Positions 1-9,253 of a stretch of DNA of 64,000 nt are shown piece after piece. Under the pieces are notes generated by a model. It was not told where the DNA came from, searched no databases, and was given only the letters and a program-made list of their open reading frames with translations. Location: IMG/VR virus record IMGVR_UViG_3300035670_000008, positions 62,001 to 126,000 of that record; one strand, written 5' to 3'. Position 1 is the stretch's first letter, and every line of letters begins with the position of its first letter. The translations under genes were made by a program, and so were the position numbers.

Positions 1-22
1 CCTTTTTTGGTTAGTTTATACG

Positions 23-54
23 GGGCCTTACCGAAAATAAGGCCCTTGTTTTTT
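23..54 (+). terminator. Rho-independent terminator
   Basis: GGGCCTTA-ccgaaaa-TAAGGCCC hairpin followed by TTGTTTTTT. Confidence 0.6.
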
Positions 55-147
55 AGGGTTATAAGGGCCTGAGCGATGTCCGAGCTATCCGTTAGGCAAT
101 CGACTGGATAGGCAATGCTATCATTTACGCCGAAAGCCAAGAGGACT

Positions 148-1530
148 TCAGTCTCCGCCGGGTTGAGTTGGTTGAATGACTTCACTAGGGAAAAACTCTT
201 CTTTAGGCATGGTTATCTTACAAGTAGTTCTGCCAGATTGTTGCTGCATGTTGGGAGTTGCGGCCGACATCCGTGACGTAGCGGCGCCCAGCTGGTCATA
301 AGAGCAATGGATTCGCCCCGTTGCTACGTTGATATACTTCCGTAAGTCCATACCATCCTGTTTAGTGAGCTTTTTGAACTTTAAGATGGCTTTTACTACC
401 GGGGTTAGTTGTAGCAAGGCGGATTCTTCCAACTCCAGGAACTCGCTGTAGAGTTCAGCCTCTTCTACGTCGACGAATACCTCCTGAGCCGTCTGCTGTC
501 GGTTCTCGGAGGCGGCGAAGATATCTAAGAGTTCGCAGGCTCGGCGTAGACCCTCTGCCTGGGTGGAGTCAAACTTTTCAAGTTTCAACCCAACGTTAAT
601 GAGTTTTAGCAGCTCGGTGCTAGACCGAAGGGTGCTAAGCGCTCGACGTGTGGGTTGTTCTTTACCGTTACCTAAATCAATCGGCTGGTCGAGGTTGAAC
701 TCGTAGCTAAGATAGACTGCGACTTCCTCCATCTCTTGTCTAATTCCTTCCTGGAAGTAACCCATCATCTTCCGGTCGGCTGGCATACCAATGTATTCCA
801 TTTTGGCGATGACGGAGACTAGGCGCATCTCTCTATCTAAGGACTCCTGCATCCCTAGACCCCAATCGTCGCTGTGGTTACCAGTTTGATTCAGGTCGGT
901 ATGCGGCATGGGAGTAACTAACGTCTTAGTTTGTATCTCCCGGATGGGAAACAAATACTGTACGTCGTTAGCCGCGTAGGTTAACTTACCCAACCAGTAT
1001 TCGTTCTCCAGGTTTCTACCGCTTAAGTCTAGCGCCCAGCTACTGACTCGCTCTTCTTTCTTCCCGGTGATACGGACGTTGAGTAGCTCTCGACAGATGT
1101 CAGCGTAGCCGTGACCTAACTGTCTAGCGACTTTAGAACCAGTAGCATTACCGATAAGCTTACTAGCCACAACAACATCAAAGACATTCTTGAACCATAC
1201 TCCAAACTCGTTATATAAGAACTTGAGGTCGAATCTCAGGTTTGCTCCCAGGATTCGGTCGGTCTTTAGTAGTAAATCTCGTAGCGGGGCTCTATCGTAA
1301 TCTAGAGCCCGTAGCCACGCTAAGTCAAAAATAAGGGGCTGCCCTTCCGCCCGCTTGAGGATTAGAAGGCTAATCTCAGCTGTATGGGCGTCTAAAGCAG
1401 ACCCTACGGTTTTATACGTCCCGCGAACGGAAGTCTCTACGTCGAGGGCCAGTGCCGCTGTGGAGCTGCTGAGCATTTCAACAGCGGCTTGGTAGTCCTC
1501 TAGGGTGGTGATGTATTTAAAGGAACTCAT
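148..1530 (-). CDS. polA: Family A DNA polymerase, N-terminal part (3'-5' exonuclease + thumb); catalytic motifs A/B/C absent
   Basis: ExoI LDVETS, ExoII ANLRFDLKFL, ExoIII YAANDV, MEYIGM, GRIHCSYDQLGAATSRMSAATPNMQQ; ORF ends ~30 aa later. Confidence 0.85.
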   Translation of the reverse strand: MSSFKYITTLEDYQAAVEMLSSSTAALALDVETSVRGTYKTVGSALDAHTAEISLLILKRAEGQPLIFDLAWLRALDYDRAPLRDLLLKTDRILGANLRFDLKFLYNEFGVWFKNVFDVVVASKLIGNATGSKVARQLGHGYADICRELLNVRITGKKEERVSSWALDLSGRNLENEYWLGKLTYAANDVQYLFPIREIQTKTLVTPMPHTDLNQTGNHSDDWGLGMQESLDREMRLVSVIAKMEYIGMPADRKMMGYFQEGIRQEMEEVAVYLSYEFNLDQPIDLGNGKEQPTRRALSTLRSSTELLKLINVGLKLEKFDSTQAEGLRRACELLDIFAASENRQQTAQEVFVDVEEAELYSEFLELEESALLQLTPVVKAILKFKKLTKQDGMDLRKYINVATGRIHCSYDQLGAATSRMSAATPNMQQQSGRTTCKITMPKEEFFPSEVIQPTQPGGD

Positions 1531-2539
1531 CGAGCTCAGGGATAGGGTACAGTTGGGAAGAAGCCCGCCCGAGGGTTTTGTAGGGTTTCTTCTTCAGGAA
1601 TTTGTCGAGAGCCCACATAGACCGTAGATACAAATCTTGGCTGGTGGCGAACTCACGGTGATGGCGGCGGTTAAGAATATGCCCACGGAGCAGGATAGCA
1701 ACGGACTCTTCGTCTCCCGAGTATAACCCAGTATCAACGACTTCCATGAAGCGAGCTAGGACAGCTTTATCCTCTCCTAATACTAGAGCCCGAACGATAA
1801 TCGAACGGTAGGGGGCATAGGAGATATTAGACGTCCCGAAGCGCTGTGCTGCAAAAGCAATCTCTTCGCTGTATTTCTCGTAGGTCTCGATGATTTTAAC
1901 CCGGCTGACCTTCTTCATATCCCGGATGTTACTGCCGTAGGTGAAGTACAGGTACTTAGCAATGGACAGCTGGTGTTTATTGGTCTCCACCCCGATAATC
2001 TTGGCGCTTTGAGCCACGGTTCGAGCGTAACCTGAGTCAATCGTAGCCATCGCTTCTTTCTGTACACCGTTGACGAACATCAACGGAATAGAGAACCCAG
2101 GGCGCTCTTTGTCGCACTCAACGACGGCGTGAAGGCGGTGTTGCCCGTTAATCAAGTTGCCCTCCCGGTCTAAGGAGATACCCTCACCGTTCATTGGCCA
2201 CTTGTTGTCAAGCATCATTCCCTTATACAACGCTACACGATCAGGGTTTAGGCGACGGTTGTTGATGACTCCTTTGCTCTTCTCTAGAAGGTAGTTAGCA
2301 CGGCTAGCGTTGACTTCTTCTACCCAATAGCCAATCCCGAAGGTAGATGGGTCTAGGCGTTTGGGTTGAGTAGGGTCTAAGACTGCTTCGAGTTCAGCTT
2401 TAACTTTCTCAGCGGCAGGCCAGTAGCCGGTGGGTTTTACTTCTGAGGTTGTGGTAGTAGTAGGAGCTTTAATAATGTCTCGTACCTCCATTGCTTTTTT
2501 GGCGGTCGCTACTTGCATGACGCTAGGTTTGATAATCAT
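1517..2539 (-). CDS. ParB/Srx-like N-terminal domain protein
   Basis: NNRRL...Y..MM....W...GEGI......LINGQHRLHAV motif typical of phage ParB-like proteins. Confidence 0.7.
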   Translation of the reverse strand: MIIKPSVMQVATAKKAMEVRDIIKAPTTTTTSEVKPTGYWPAAEKVKAELEAVLDPTQPKRLDPSTFGIGYWVEEVNASRANYLLEKSKGVINNRRLNPDRVALYKGMMLDNKWPMNGEGISLDREGNLINGQHRLHAVVECDKERPGFSIPLMFVNGVQKEAMATIDSGYARTVAQSAKIIGVETNKHQLSIAKYLYFTYGSNIRDMKKVSRVKIIETYEKYSEEIAFAAQRFGTSNISYAPYRSIIVRALVLGEDKAVLARFMEVVDTGLYSGDEESVAILLRGHILNRRHHREFATSQDLYLRSMWALDKFLKKKPYKTLGRASSQLYPIPELDEFL

Positions 2540-2810
2540 CGAGTGGATTCTCCTGTGGTATAGGTTGATATTTCTTTTTGACGTATGATAACCAGATATC
2601 TAACGCGCTTTGATTAGCTACTAGCTCAGCTTCTACATTTCTATAGATGTCTGTAACGTGGACTAGCTTCTCTTCAGCATCCTTTATCTTTGCGTAGACG
2701 TATTTCAAGTACCTACGTTCCTCTTCGTCCATCTGTGAAATAAGCAGGTCTAGTTGTTCCACTAGCTCCTGCTTATCGTCACTGCTCGTCGGGGTCAAGG
2801 TCTGAGTCAT
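2523..2810 (-). CDS. Hypothetical coiled-coil protein
   Basis: Overlaps both neighbours in a tight operon. Confidence 0.6.
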   Translation of the reverse strand: MTQTLTPTSSDDKQELVEQLDLLISQMDEEERRYLKYVYAKIKDAEEKLVHVTDIYRNVEAELVANQSALDIWLSYVKKKYQPIPQENPLDDYQT

Positions 2811-3774
2811 CGTTATATTGTAGAACTTGGTCAGTGAAGAATTGCTTGACGGTTGGGTTATCGTCTAGAAATACTGCTACCTTCCCAGAGCCTTGTCCCA
2901 TCTGGTTAGAGCACCCGAAGGGGGCAAGGTCTATGGCTGAATTATACCAACTGCCAGCCTTTTTGATCAGGCCGAGTTCTACACAGGTAAGCACTAAGGA
3001 TTCAGTCCGCTGCACCAAGCCATTAACGATGGGAATCTCGCACTGTAAGCCTGGTGTGTAGGTCTTGTTCTTTTCTATCTTGACCTGAGCCATAATCCGA
3101 CCGGCGACATTCTGTGACCGTACCGCATGGGTTAAGCGCACCCGAATACTAGCCATGTGTTTTAGAGCATGACCGCCGGGGGTACTGACTCCACCATGCG
3201 GCGAGTTCAGATTATCCCGAATCTGATTAATGAACACCAGCACGGCTTGGTTGTGCTCGATGTGGTCAGTAATCTTATTCTTAAGCCGGTTAATCATACC
3301 AGCTGGCCCTGCTACGTCCCGTGCTTCGGAGTCGTTGTCGAACTTATCCTGGACGGACTTCGGTAACAACATAGCTACGGTGTCGATGATAATCAACTTG
3401 CAGCCTAGCTCGGCGGCTTCCACCGCTTGGTCGATAGCCATCTCCCCGTAGACAGGACGGGTGATAACAAACTGGTCGTTGTCCAGCCCATACATCGATA
3501 AGGACTCGGAGGTAACAGTCTTTTCTAAGTCTTGGTATAGGACTGAATCTCCCCGCTCGACGGCGGCTTGCGCCATTGCGAGGCAGACCGAAGACTTACC
3601 GACGGATTCAGGGCCGAATAGCTCGATAATTCTTCCTAAAGGCAGTCCCCCGCCTAGAACGCGGTCTAACGTAGCTACACCGCTACTGACCCGTTCTAGT
3701 TTGGGGATACTGTCATGGCTGTATACTCCAGTTTTGTATTTCTTCTGGAGCATTTTGAGGAGTTCTGCACTCAT
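2779..3774 (-). CDS. recA: RecA/UvsX recombinase
   Basis: LGGGLPLGRIIELFGPESVGKS Walker A, IIIDTVA, FINQIR, TPGGHALKH, KIEKNK, GSWY. Confidence 0.97.
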   Translation of the reverse strand: MSAELLKMLQKKYKTGVYSHDSIPKLERVSSGVATLDRVLGGGLPLGRIIELFGPESVGKSSVCLAMAQAAVERGDSVLYQDLEKTVTSESLSMYGLDNDQFVITRPVYGEMAIDQAVEAAELGCKLIIIDTVAMLLPKSVQDKFDNDSEARDVAGPAGMINRLKNKITDHIEHNQAVLVFINQIRDNLNSPHGGVSTPGGHALKHMASIRVRLTHAVRSQNVAGRIMAQVKIEKNKTYTPGLQCEIPIVNGLVQRTESLVLTCVELGLIKKAGSWYNSAIDLAPFGCSNQMGQGSGKVAVFLDDNPTVKQFFTDQVLQYNDDSDLDPDEQ

Positions 3775-3780
3775 AGTTGG

Positions 3781-4080
3781 TTAGTTGTAATAGTCAGTTT
3801 CTTTAATGTCGCCTAGCTTTTCAGTGTCGGCGTTGATGCAGCCTGGCTTTTTAGCAAACTGGCATACTCGAGCCCATAGCCGCTCCCTGGTGCCGGATGG
3901 TCCGCAGGAAAACACTACTTTAGCTCCGTCTTCAATCGTTACGCCGCAGGCTGGACAAACTTCTTTACTCAAGGGAAACCTCTTTTTGTGGGTATTGTAG
4001 CTTATCTTGGCTTTCTTTTTGCTTTTTTTCTGTGTTCTCGATTGCTTTTGCCGGGGTTTAGATGCCGAACCGTTCGTCAA
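3781..4080 (-). CDS. Small Cys-rich protein resembling a conserved cyanobacterial hypothetical family
   Basis: CPACGV...VVFSCGPSGTRERLWARVCQFAKKPGCIN; start uncertain. Confidence 0.65.
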   Translation of the reverse strand: MTNGSASKPRQKQSRTQKKSKKKAKISYNTHKKRFPLSKEVCPACGVTIEDGAKVVFSCGPSGTRERLWARVCQFAKKPGCINADTEKLGDIKETDYYN

Positions 4081-4126
4081 GCAATGAACTAATTGTGAAT
4101 TAGATGGCTTCTAACTCAACCCGTAT

Positions 4127-4462
4127 ATGCTTTACCCCGTTCCCTACAGCATCCAGATTATTCGGCGGAGTACCTTTGATTTAATCCTGAAGGTCGAGCT
4201 GGAGCCTAGTGTTCCTTATGATCTTACAGGTAAAACGCTCTTAGCTCAACTATGGGATCGAAAGCGAGAAGAGAAATATACTGACTTTGAGGTTACTGTG
4301 GTTAACGCACCGTTGGGTTCTTTTATGTTAAAGCTCACCTCTGCACAAACACTGCTGTTGCCTACACTCGGTGTCTATGATGTCAAGGTCATCGACGGGG
4401 CTGACGAGTTCTATCTAATCAAAGGAAGCTTTAGCGTTCAAGAGGGCTACACCGATGACTGA
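4127..4462 (+). CDS. Putative virion beta-sandwich (BppU/LtfC-like) protein
   Basis: YDLTG...AQL...LTSAQT..LP..GVYDV...LIKGSF pattern. Confidence 0.55.
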   Translation: MLYPVPYSIQIIRRSTFDLILKVELEPSVPYDLTGKTLLAQLWDRKREEKYTDFEVTVVNAPLGSFMLKLTSAQTLLLPTLGVYDVKVIDGADEFYLIKGSFSVQEGYTDD

Positions 4463-4694
4463 ACCAACGGCGGTAACTCTTAACGTTTCTACCTACGTCA
4501 AACTAGGGCTGGCTGACAAAACTGTGGAGTCTGAGCCGGTTAGCTACTATAGCGCCAACTCAGAGGCCCTTAACGACGGGCTTAGCGTCGGGGACTTTTA
4601 CCTGGACGGCGGCGGCAAACTTCAAGTGGTTCGACCTTTAAATCTATCTTTTAGTTTATCTAACCGGTATAGCCATCTCCTAAGACTTTTTTAA
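4455..4694 (+). CDS. Small hypothetical (putative virion) protein
   Basis: Translationally coupled to upstream ORF. Confidence 0.5.
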   Translation: MTEPTAVTLNVSTYVKLGLADKTVESEPVSYYSANSEALNDGLSVGDFYLDGGGKLQVVRPLNLSFSLSNRYSHLLRLF

Positions 4695-4721
4695 TATTCA
4701 ACTGTATATAGAGGTTTAGGT

Positions 4722-5258
4722 ATGTTCGGACTGATAACGGCCTTGCTCATTTTATTTACTCCTGCACCTGCCGGAGGCAATACTACTCAACAGCCCCACT
4801 GGTGGGACGAACTCTTTAAGACGGAGCTGCTGCTTGGACTAGGTATCCCTTTGGCGTCCGCGATTACGTGGCTAGCACGGGATTACATTAGTAAAGACCA
4901 AGAGGTCGGCAGAGCTAGGTTCAAGAATGAAATTATTACTTCGTTACAGAGTACTTTAGTAGAAGCTGCTAGGGAAAGAGACACTGTGCTGTCGTTAAAG
5001 CTAACGCCTATGCAGAACTCTATCGACCGGCTGGGCGCGGACTACTGCTCCAATCTAACGTTCCATCAAGGTATTGAAGAGAGTATTGACGCGCTCTTCA
5101 AAAACTTCAACGACCTTAACCTGCGGCTCACTGTTATGGAGTCTACCCTTTCCACCACTATGTCTAAGCTTAACTCGGAGCTATCAACGTTACTGACCGC
5201 ATACACTGGTGAGTCTGTCAAGGTTAGGCTCTTTATGGACGACGATAAGCCTAAATAG
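4722..5258 (+). CDS. Membrane-anchored coiled-coil protein (possible lysis accessory)
   Basis: Two N-terminal hydrophobic segments then heptads; GAGG RBS. Confidence 0.55.
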   Translation: MFGLITALLILFTPAPAGGNTTQQPHWWDELFKTELLLGLGIPLASAITWLARDYISKDQEVGRARFKNEIITSLQSTLVEAARERDTVLSLKLTPMQNSIDRLGADYCSNLTFHQGIEESIDALFKNFNDLNLRLTVMESTLSTTMSKLNSELSTLLTAYTGESVKVRLFMDDDKPK

Positions 5259-6393
5259 GTTTGACCGTCAGCCCTACTCTTAAATAATGCTTCTCAATAA
5301 TATGTACCGAGTTTCCTACCCACTGCGCGACAACCGCGGTGGGTACTCCTTTAGCAACCTGATTAGTAATGAAAGTATCCCTGCAGCAATACGGTGTCGT
5401 ACCTACTAGTTTCAACTTCCGCCAGGCTCGGCAGTAGTTGTCGTATCCTATATGCCCGCCTTCTGTGTTAGGGAACAGTAGTTCATTCTCTTTACTAAGT
5501 GAATCCAGAAATGTACTTAGCTCTTCGTAGAGGGGAAATACCCGCCGCTTGTTCGTTTTGCTAGTGTCGGACTGAAACACGTATTTCCCTTTCCGAACGT
5601 AGCTACGTCCTAGGATTAAGTGGTCTTCCTTGACGTCCTCCCAGGTAATACCGGTGGCTTCTGAGGGTCTGCAGCCCACTAGTAGATTAAAGCGGCAGAT
5701 GTTTCGGTAAGCTGAGCCTAGGTTAGCTAACACGAAAGCTACTTCAGTATCAGTTAATGGTCGCGGCTCTTTTTCTGGTTCATTATCGGCGACTTCCTTA
5801 AGCTCTTTAGCCAACTCCCGGTATGGATTGGTTCCTTCGGCTAAGACGCCTCGCTTAATAGCCCAGTCGTACATCGGGGCCATTCGGGACACAACCCGGT
5901 AGGCTTGCTTAATCGTAGTCTCTTTACTAAGTTCCTCCGCCACAACCTTAGCGTTGTAGATATTCTGTTCCTTCAGATTCCGTAGGTTGTAGCCAATGGT
6001 TTCTGTCAGGAAGTGGTAGCTGGAGTCCTTTAGTTTTCCTTTGCGGTCTTCACAATACTGCTGCCACAGTTCCTTCAGCGGAGTCTTTAGACCAACAGTA
6101 CGTTCTAGTTGTTTCCGGTACTGCTCTTTCCGATAGAGGGGGTTGTATTTCTGTAGCGTTGGGTCGAACTCTTCAAAGACGATGTCGTGGTTAATCGTAG
6201 CTACGATTTTAGTTCCTTTAGCAATACCCTCTGCTGTCGCGGCTAACCCCAATGACCAATACTTATCCCTACCTAAGCCTACACAGTCTGGTAGGCGCAC
6301 TCGAAGCATATTCCCCCGGCGGTGTAGCGTAGCCTGCCCTTTAAGCGCTGGGCTGTCAGCTACCTTTCTGCGTTTTTCGCTTGCCATACCCAC
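5251..6393 (-). CDS. int: Tyrosine recombinase/integrase, cyanobacterial type
   Basis: Arm-binding N-terminus (LRVRLP..KYWSLGL..FDPTLQKY), GCRPSEA, SKTNK, PYCCRDTF, VAQWVGNS...HY. Confidence 0.92.
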   Translation of the reverse strand: MGMASEKRRKVADSPALKGQATLHRRGNMLRVRLPDCVGLGRDKYWSLGLAATAEGIAKGTKIVATINHDIVFEEFDPTLQKYNPLYRKEQYRKQLERTVGLKTPLKELWQQYCEDRKGKLKDSSYHFLTETIGYNLRNLKEQNIYNAKVVAEELSKETTIKQAYRVVSRMAPMYDWAIKRGVLAEGTNPYRELAKELKEVADNEPEKEPRPLTDTEVAFVLANLGSAYRNICRFNLLVGCRPSEATGITWEDVKEDHLILGRSYVRKGKYVFQSDTSKTNKRRVFPLYEELSTFLDSLSKENELLFPNTEGGHIGYDNYCRAWRKLKLVGTTPYCCRDTFITNQVAKGVPTAVVAQWVGNSVHIIEKHYLRVGLTVKPI

Positions 6394-6484
6394 TCAACAT
6401 TGTCGTGACGCTCCCTATTATTGCATGACGCGCTGCAGGACACTAAGGTCTGAATTCCTTTGGCAATTCTGAACACCCAAGTAA

Positions 6485-6557
6485 GGGGGTATAGCTCAGT
6501 TGATGAAGCGCCTTCTTTGCAAGCCGGAAGCCAGCGGTTCGAGTCCGCTTACCTCCA
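6485..6557 (+). tRNA. tRNA-Ala(UGC), degenerate in D and anticodon arms; probable attP/pseudo-tRNA
   Basis: Acceptor GGGGGTA/TACCTCC, T arm AGCGG-TTCGAGT-CCGCT, loop TTTGCAA; anticodon stem CCTTC/GCCGG has 2 mismatches; D-loop GG lost; no CCA. Confidence 0.8.
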
Positions 6558-6583
6558 CTAAATTAAAAATCAATATATTGCTG

Positions 6584-7135
6584 CTAGGCGCTGCTTATAT
6601 CGTCTGGTATATGCGCCCAGTTTATATAGTTAACAATGGCATAGATGCCTCCCCTAGAGCCCCCAAATTTGGCTACAAGGTCTCTAACTGTAGCCCCGTC
6701 ATTATACAGCCGGCGCATTTCTTTGATTTGCGCTTCTGTATATCTAGCTATTGGGTTGTTAACTCCCTTTTTGGGATACTCACCTACAGTCTTGTTTCTT
6801 CCTTTCTTAAATGCGTCTCTATTATTATCCCCAACGGTGCCAAGGAATAGATGCTCCGGGTTTACGCAGGCGGGGTTGTCGCAAGTGTGGCAGACACACA
6901 TACTGCCTGGGTCTTGCCGGTATCTTAAAGCATAAGATACCCGGTGGGCTAATAGATACCGGGTTTTGCCGCTACGGTAGTAAGACAACCTGCCGTAGCC
7001 TTTTGCGTTCTTATTCCCCTGCCAAACCCAACAGTCTGTGTCAGGGTTAGGTTCTATTTGTTCCAGCAGCCTAGCCTCTATCTTTTCTACGGCTAGTTCG
7101 ACGTCTTTAATAGTTATTGTTTGAGGTGGGTTCAT
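6584..7135 (-). CDS. Free-standing HNH homing endonuclease
   Basis: CWVWQG..GYG..AHRVSY..CHTCDNPACVNPEHL..GT..DN..D plus C-terminal HTH. Confidence 0.92.
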   Translation of the reverse strand: MNPPQTITIKDVELAVEKIEARLLEQIEPNPDTDCWVWQGNKNAKGYGRLSYYRSGKTRYLLAHRVSYALRYRQDPGSMCVCHTCDNPACVNPEHLFLGTVGDNNRDAFKKGRNKTVGEYPKKGVNNPIARYTEAQIKEMRRLYNDGATVRDLVAKFGGSRGGIYAIVNYINWAHIPDDISSA

Positions 7136-7231
7136 CGTAGGTTAAAAGACGTTTGTATTAACCGATGGGGGCAGAAATATAGGAGTTTGCACGCCGGCTT
7201 GCATGACGGTTCATGAGCCGGCGCAGCTTAC

Positions 7232-8086
7232 TTAGAACAACTTCGGTCGAAGTGTGGTTATTGGGTCAGGAATGAACCCAATAAGGGTAAAATCGCTGGC
7301 TTTGAATTCAGGGGTTTTTAACAATGGGTCGAAACTGCCGCTGAAGTCATAGCGTAGCGTTGGTAATTTCGGTCTGTACCAGCTTGGGGCATTCCAAATT
7401 GCTTTGGCACACTCTATATGACTAGGGTCGTCATAGATATGAGCGTCTCCAAACGTCCAGATTAAGTCACCGACGCTGAGGTCGGCATGGTAGGCAAAAT
7501 ATAGTAACAGCGCCCAGTACTGTACCCAGTTGTGTGGCACCCCTAGGAGCATATCCGCTGACCGCTGGTAGGTATGCATGTGCAGGGTGTTATCTCTTAC
7601 AAAGAACTGAGTAATAGTCCCGTGGCAGGAAGTCGGACATGCAGGGTTCTGGTTGGTCTGAGTAATGTGGTACATGTCATCAGGGTTCCACGTCGTCATA
7701 ACCAACCGACGGCTGTTGGGGTGGCTTAACAGCGCGTCCAGGATGGCCCCGACCTGGTCGAAGTCGTTAGGCCCGTAGTGGCGCATTTGGGTAGCGTAGC
7801 CATCTAAGTAGTTGCCATTTGGGTTGAGCTGACCGTCCCACCAATCCTTCAGGTCGTCCGGGCATTTGGCTTCGCCGGACATGAACCACTCCATCTCTTT
7901 GATAGCTTTCTTCCAAGCGGTACGCCGTAACGTTACCAGTGGGAAGGAAGAGAAAGCAGCTTGTAACCCACAGGTATGGCTGATACAGCTATGGTTCCTG
8001 GTCTCTAAAATCTCCCCGTCATTAAAGACCGTTCTTAGTAGATTCTTATATGTTTGGTCGGCGTCTTCGTAGTATTTAGAGGTCAT
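7232..8086 (-). CDS. thyA: Thymidylate synthase
   Basis: SRRLVMTTWNP, catalytic PTSCH, YQRSADMLLGVPHN, GDAHIY. Confidence 0.95.
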   Translation of the reverse strand: MTSKYYEDADQTYKNLLRTVFNDGEILETRNHSCISHTCGLQAAFSSFPLVTLRRTAWKKAIKEMEWFMSGEAKCPDDLKDWWDGQLNPNGNYLDGYATQMRHYGPNDFDQVGAILDALLSHPNSRRLVMTTWNPDDMYHITQTNQNPACPTSCHGTITQFFVRDNTLHMHTYQRSADMLLGVPHNWVQYWALLLYFAYHADLSVGDLIWTFGDAHIYDDPSHIECAKAIWNAPSWYRPKLPTLRYDFSGSFDPLLKTPEFKASDFTLIGFIPDPITTLRPKLF

Positions 8087-8249
8087 TGGCAGGGCAGTAG
8101 TTTACGAGGTGGGTTTGAACGCTGCGTTGAGTTGGTTGAGCTTGTTGATTCATGTAACCAGTACCGATAGCCCAGACGAACATCAGATAGTGGCTGAAAC
8201 AGCAAGCAAGGATAATATCTTTGATGAGTACTTCGTGTTCAGGTTTCAT
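8076..8249 (-). CDS. Small membrane protein (57 aa, not in ORF track)
   Basis: ATG overlaps upstream TGA, AAGGAGG RBS, hydrophobic IILACCFSHYLMFVWAIG; stop overlaps thyA start. Confidence 0.6.
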   Translation of the reverse strand: MKPEHEVLIKDIILACCFSHYLMFVWAIGTGYMNQQAQPTQRSVQTHLVNYCPANDL

Positions 8250-9253
8250 GGGTTCCTCCTTTTGTTTCTAACGTCTATGGATTCTAACTCTGCAATTAAT
8301 TCTCGTAGAGGAATATCCCCTACATTTTCCCAAACTTGGTTGAGCGCTCGGAGGTCGTTCTTAGTCAGACCTTTTACCAACTTGCCGTCTACTTCAACAG
8401 CAGGAAGTCCTAGCGGGTTGCTAGTGCCGACAGCGCTAATGATGTCTTCCATTACGGCTTCTAAAGCCCGGTCGTCTAGGTCTTTTCGTTGACCGCTACA
8501 AGCGTAGTCTAATACTGCGTCCTGATATTGCGGAGCTACCGTGGCTTTAAACAGGTAGGCACTGAACTCATTGTCGTCTTCTTCTAGCATGGGGAACTTC
8601 TTGATAGTCCCCTCTAATAAGTACCAGAGGTAGTCAGAGGCTGATTTCCAGTCGCTAACTTCGCAGTACATATCCATGCGGTCTTTAACCACTTCAATCA
8701 TCCGGCCAAAGTAGCCAGGAACGCCGACGTTCTCTTCTATACCCGGTAGACTCCACTGCTTGGTGACGCTGGCTGCCTTTAAGAACTCGAAGGCTTCCTC
8801 TGGCATATTCTGCTCGACGACATCCATCGCTCTGTCTGATATATATACGCCTTTGTCCTCAAAACTGAAGTCCTCGCCAAGCACTAGGCCGAGTTCAGTG
8901 AAGTATTTGAAAGTGGTGTCTTTAGCTACGTCCGATAACGTCACCTCTGCACCTGACCGTTCCATCTCTTCATTAAGGGTTTCCCAGTAGAAGCAGATGT
9001 CTCCTAGGTTTAGCTCCCAACTAGTGTTGAGTTGGATACACTCTACTAGAATCTGAGCGCAACGGTCTTCTCCTAGCTGCTCGTAACCCTCAAAGATAGC
9101 AGCTATAACAGACTCTGGACGTCTTGCTTTAACAGCACTGCAGACATTAGTTTGAAAGTTCTCTTCTGTATACATGGTCATCTTGTAATTGGTACCCTGC
9201 CCTTCTTCTAGCTTAGCTAAGGAGTCGATAGACGAACTGTTCGCCAAGTGCAA
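8246..9253 (-). CDS. Acidic hypothetical protein (true start probably ~9180)
   Basis: Long ORF in operon. Confidence 0.7.
   Translation of the reverse strand: MHLANSSSIDSLAKLEEGQGTNYKMTMYTEENFQTNVCSAVKARRPESVIAAIFEGYEQLGEDRCAQILVECIQLNTSWELNLGDICFYWETLNEEMERSGAEVTLSDVAKDTTFKYFTELGLVLGEDFSFEDKGVYISDRAMDVVEQNMPEEAFEFLKAASVTKQWSLPGIEENVGVPGYFGRMIEVVKDRMDMYCEVSDWKSASDYLWYLLEGTIKKFPMLEEDDNEFSAYLFKATVAPQYQDAVLDYACSGQRKDLDDRALEAVMEDIISAVGTSNPLGLPAVEVDGKLVKGLTKNDLRALNQVWENVGDIPLRELIAELESIDVRNKRRNP

Noticed and set aside
148-240. Split-intein N-fragment at the polymerase C-terminus
   Set aside because: Only ~24 aa follow the Cys, and no intein block A/B motifs are recognisable.
6500-6850. 116-aa + strand ORF
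   Set aside because: It is a translation of the tRNA and the antisense of the HNH gene.
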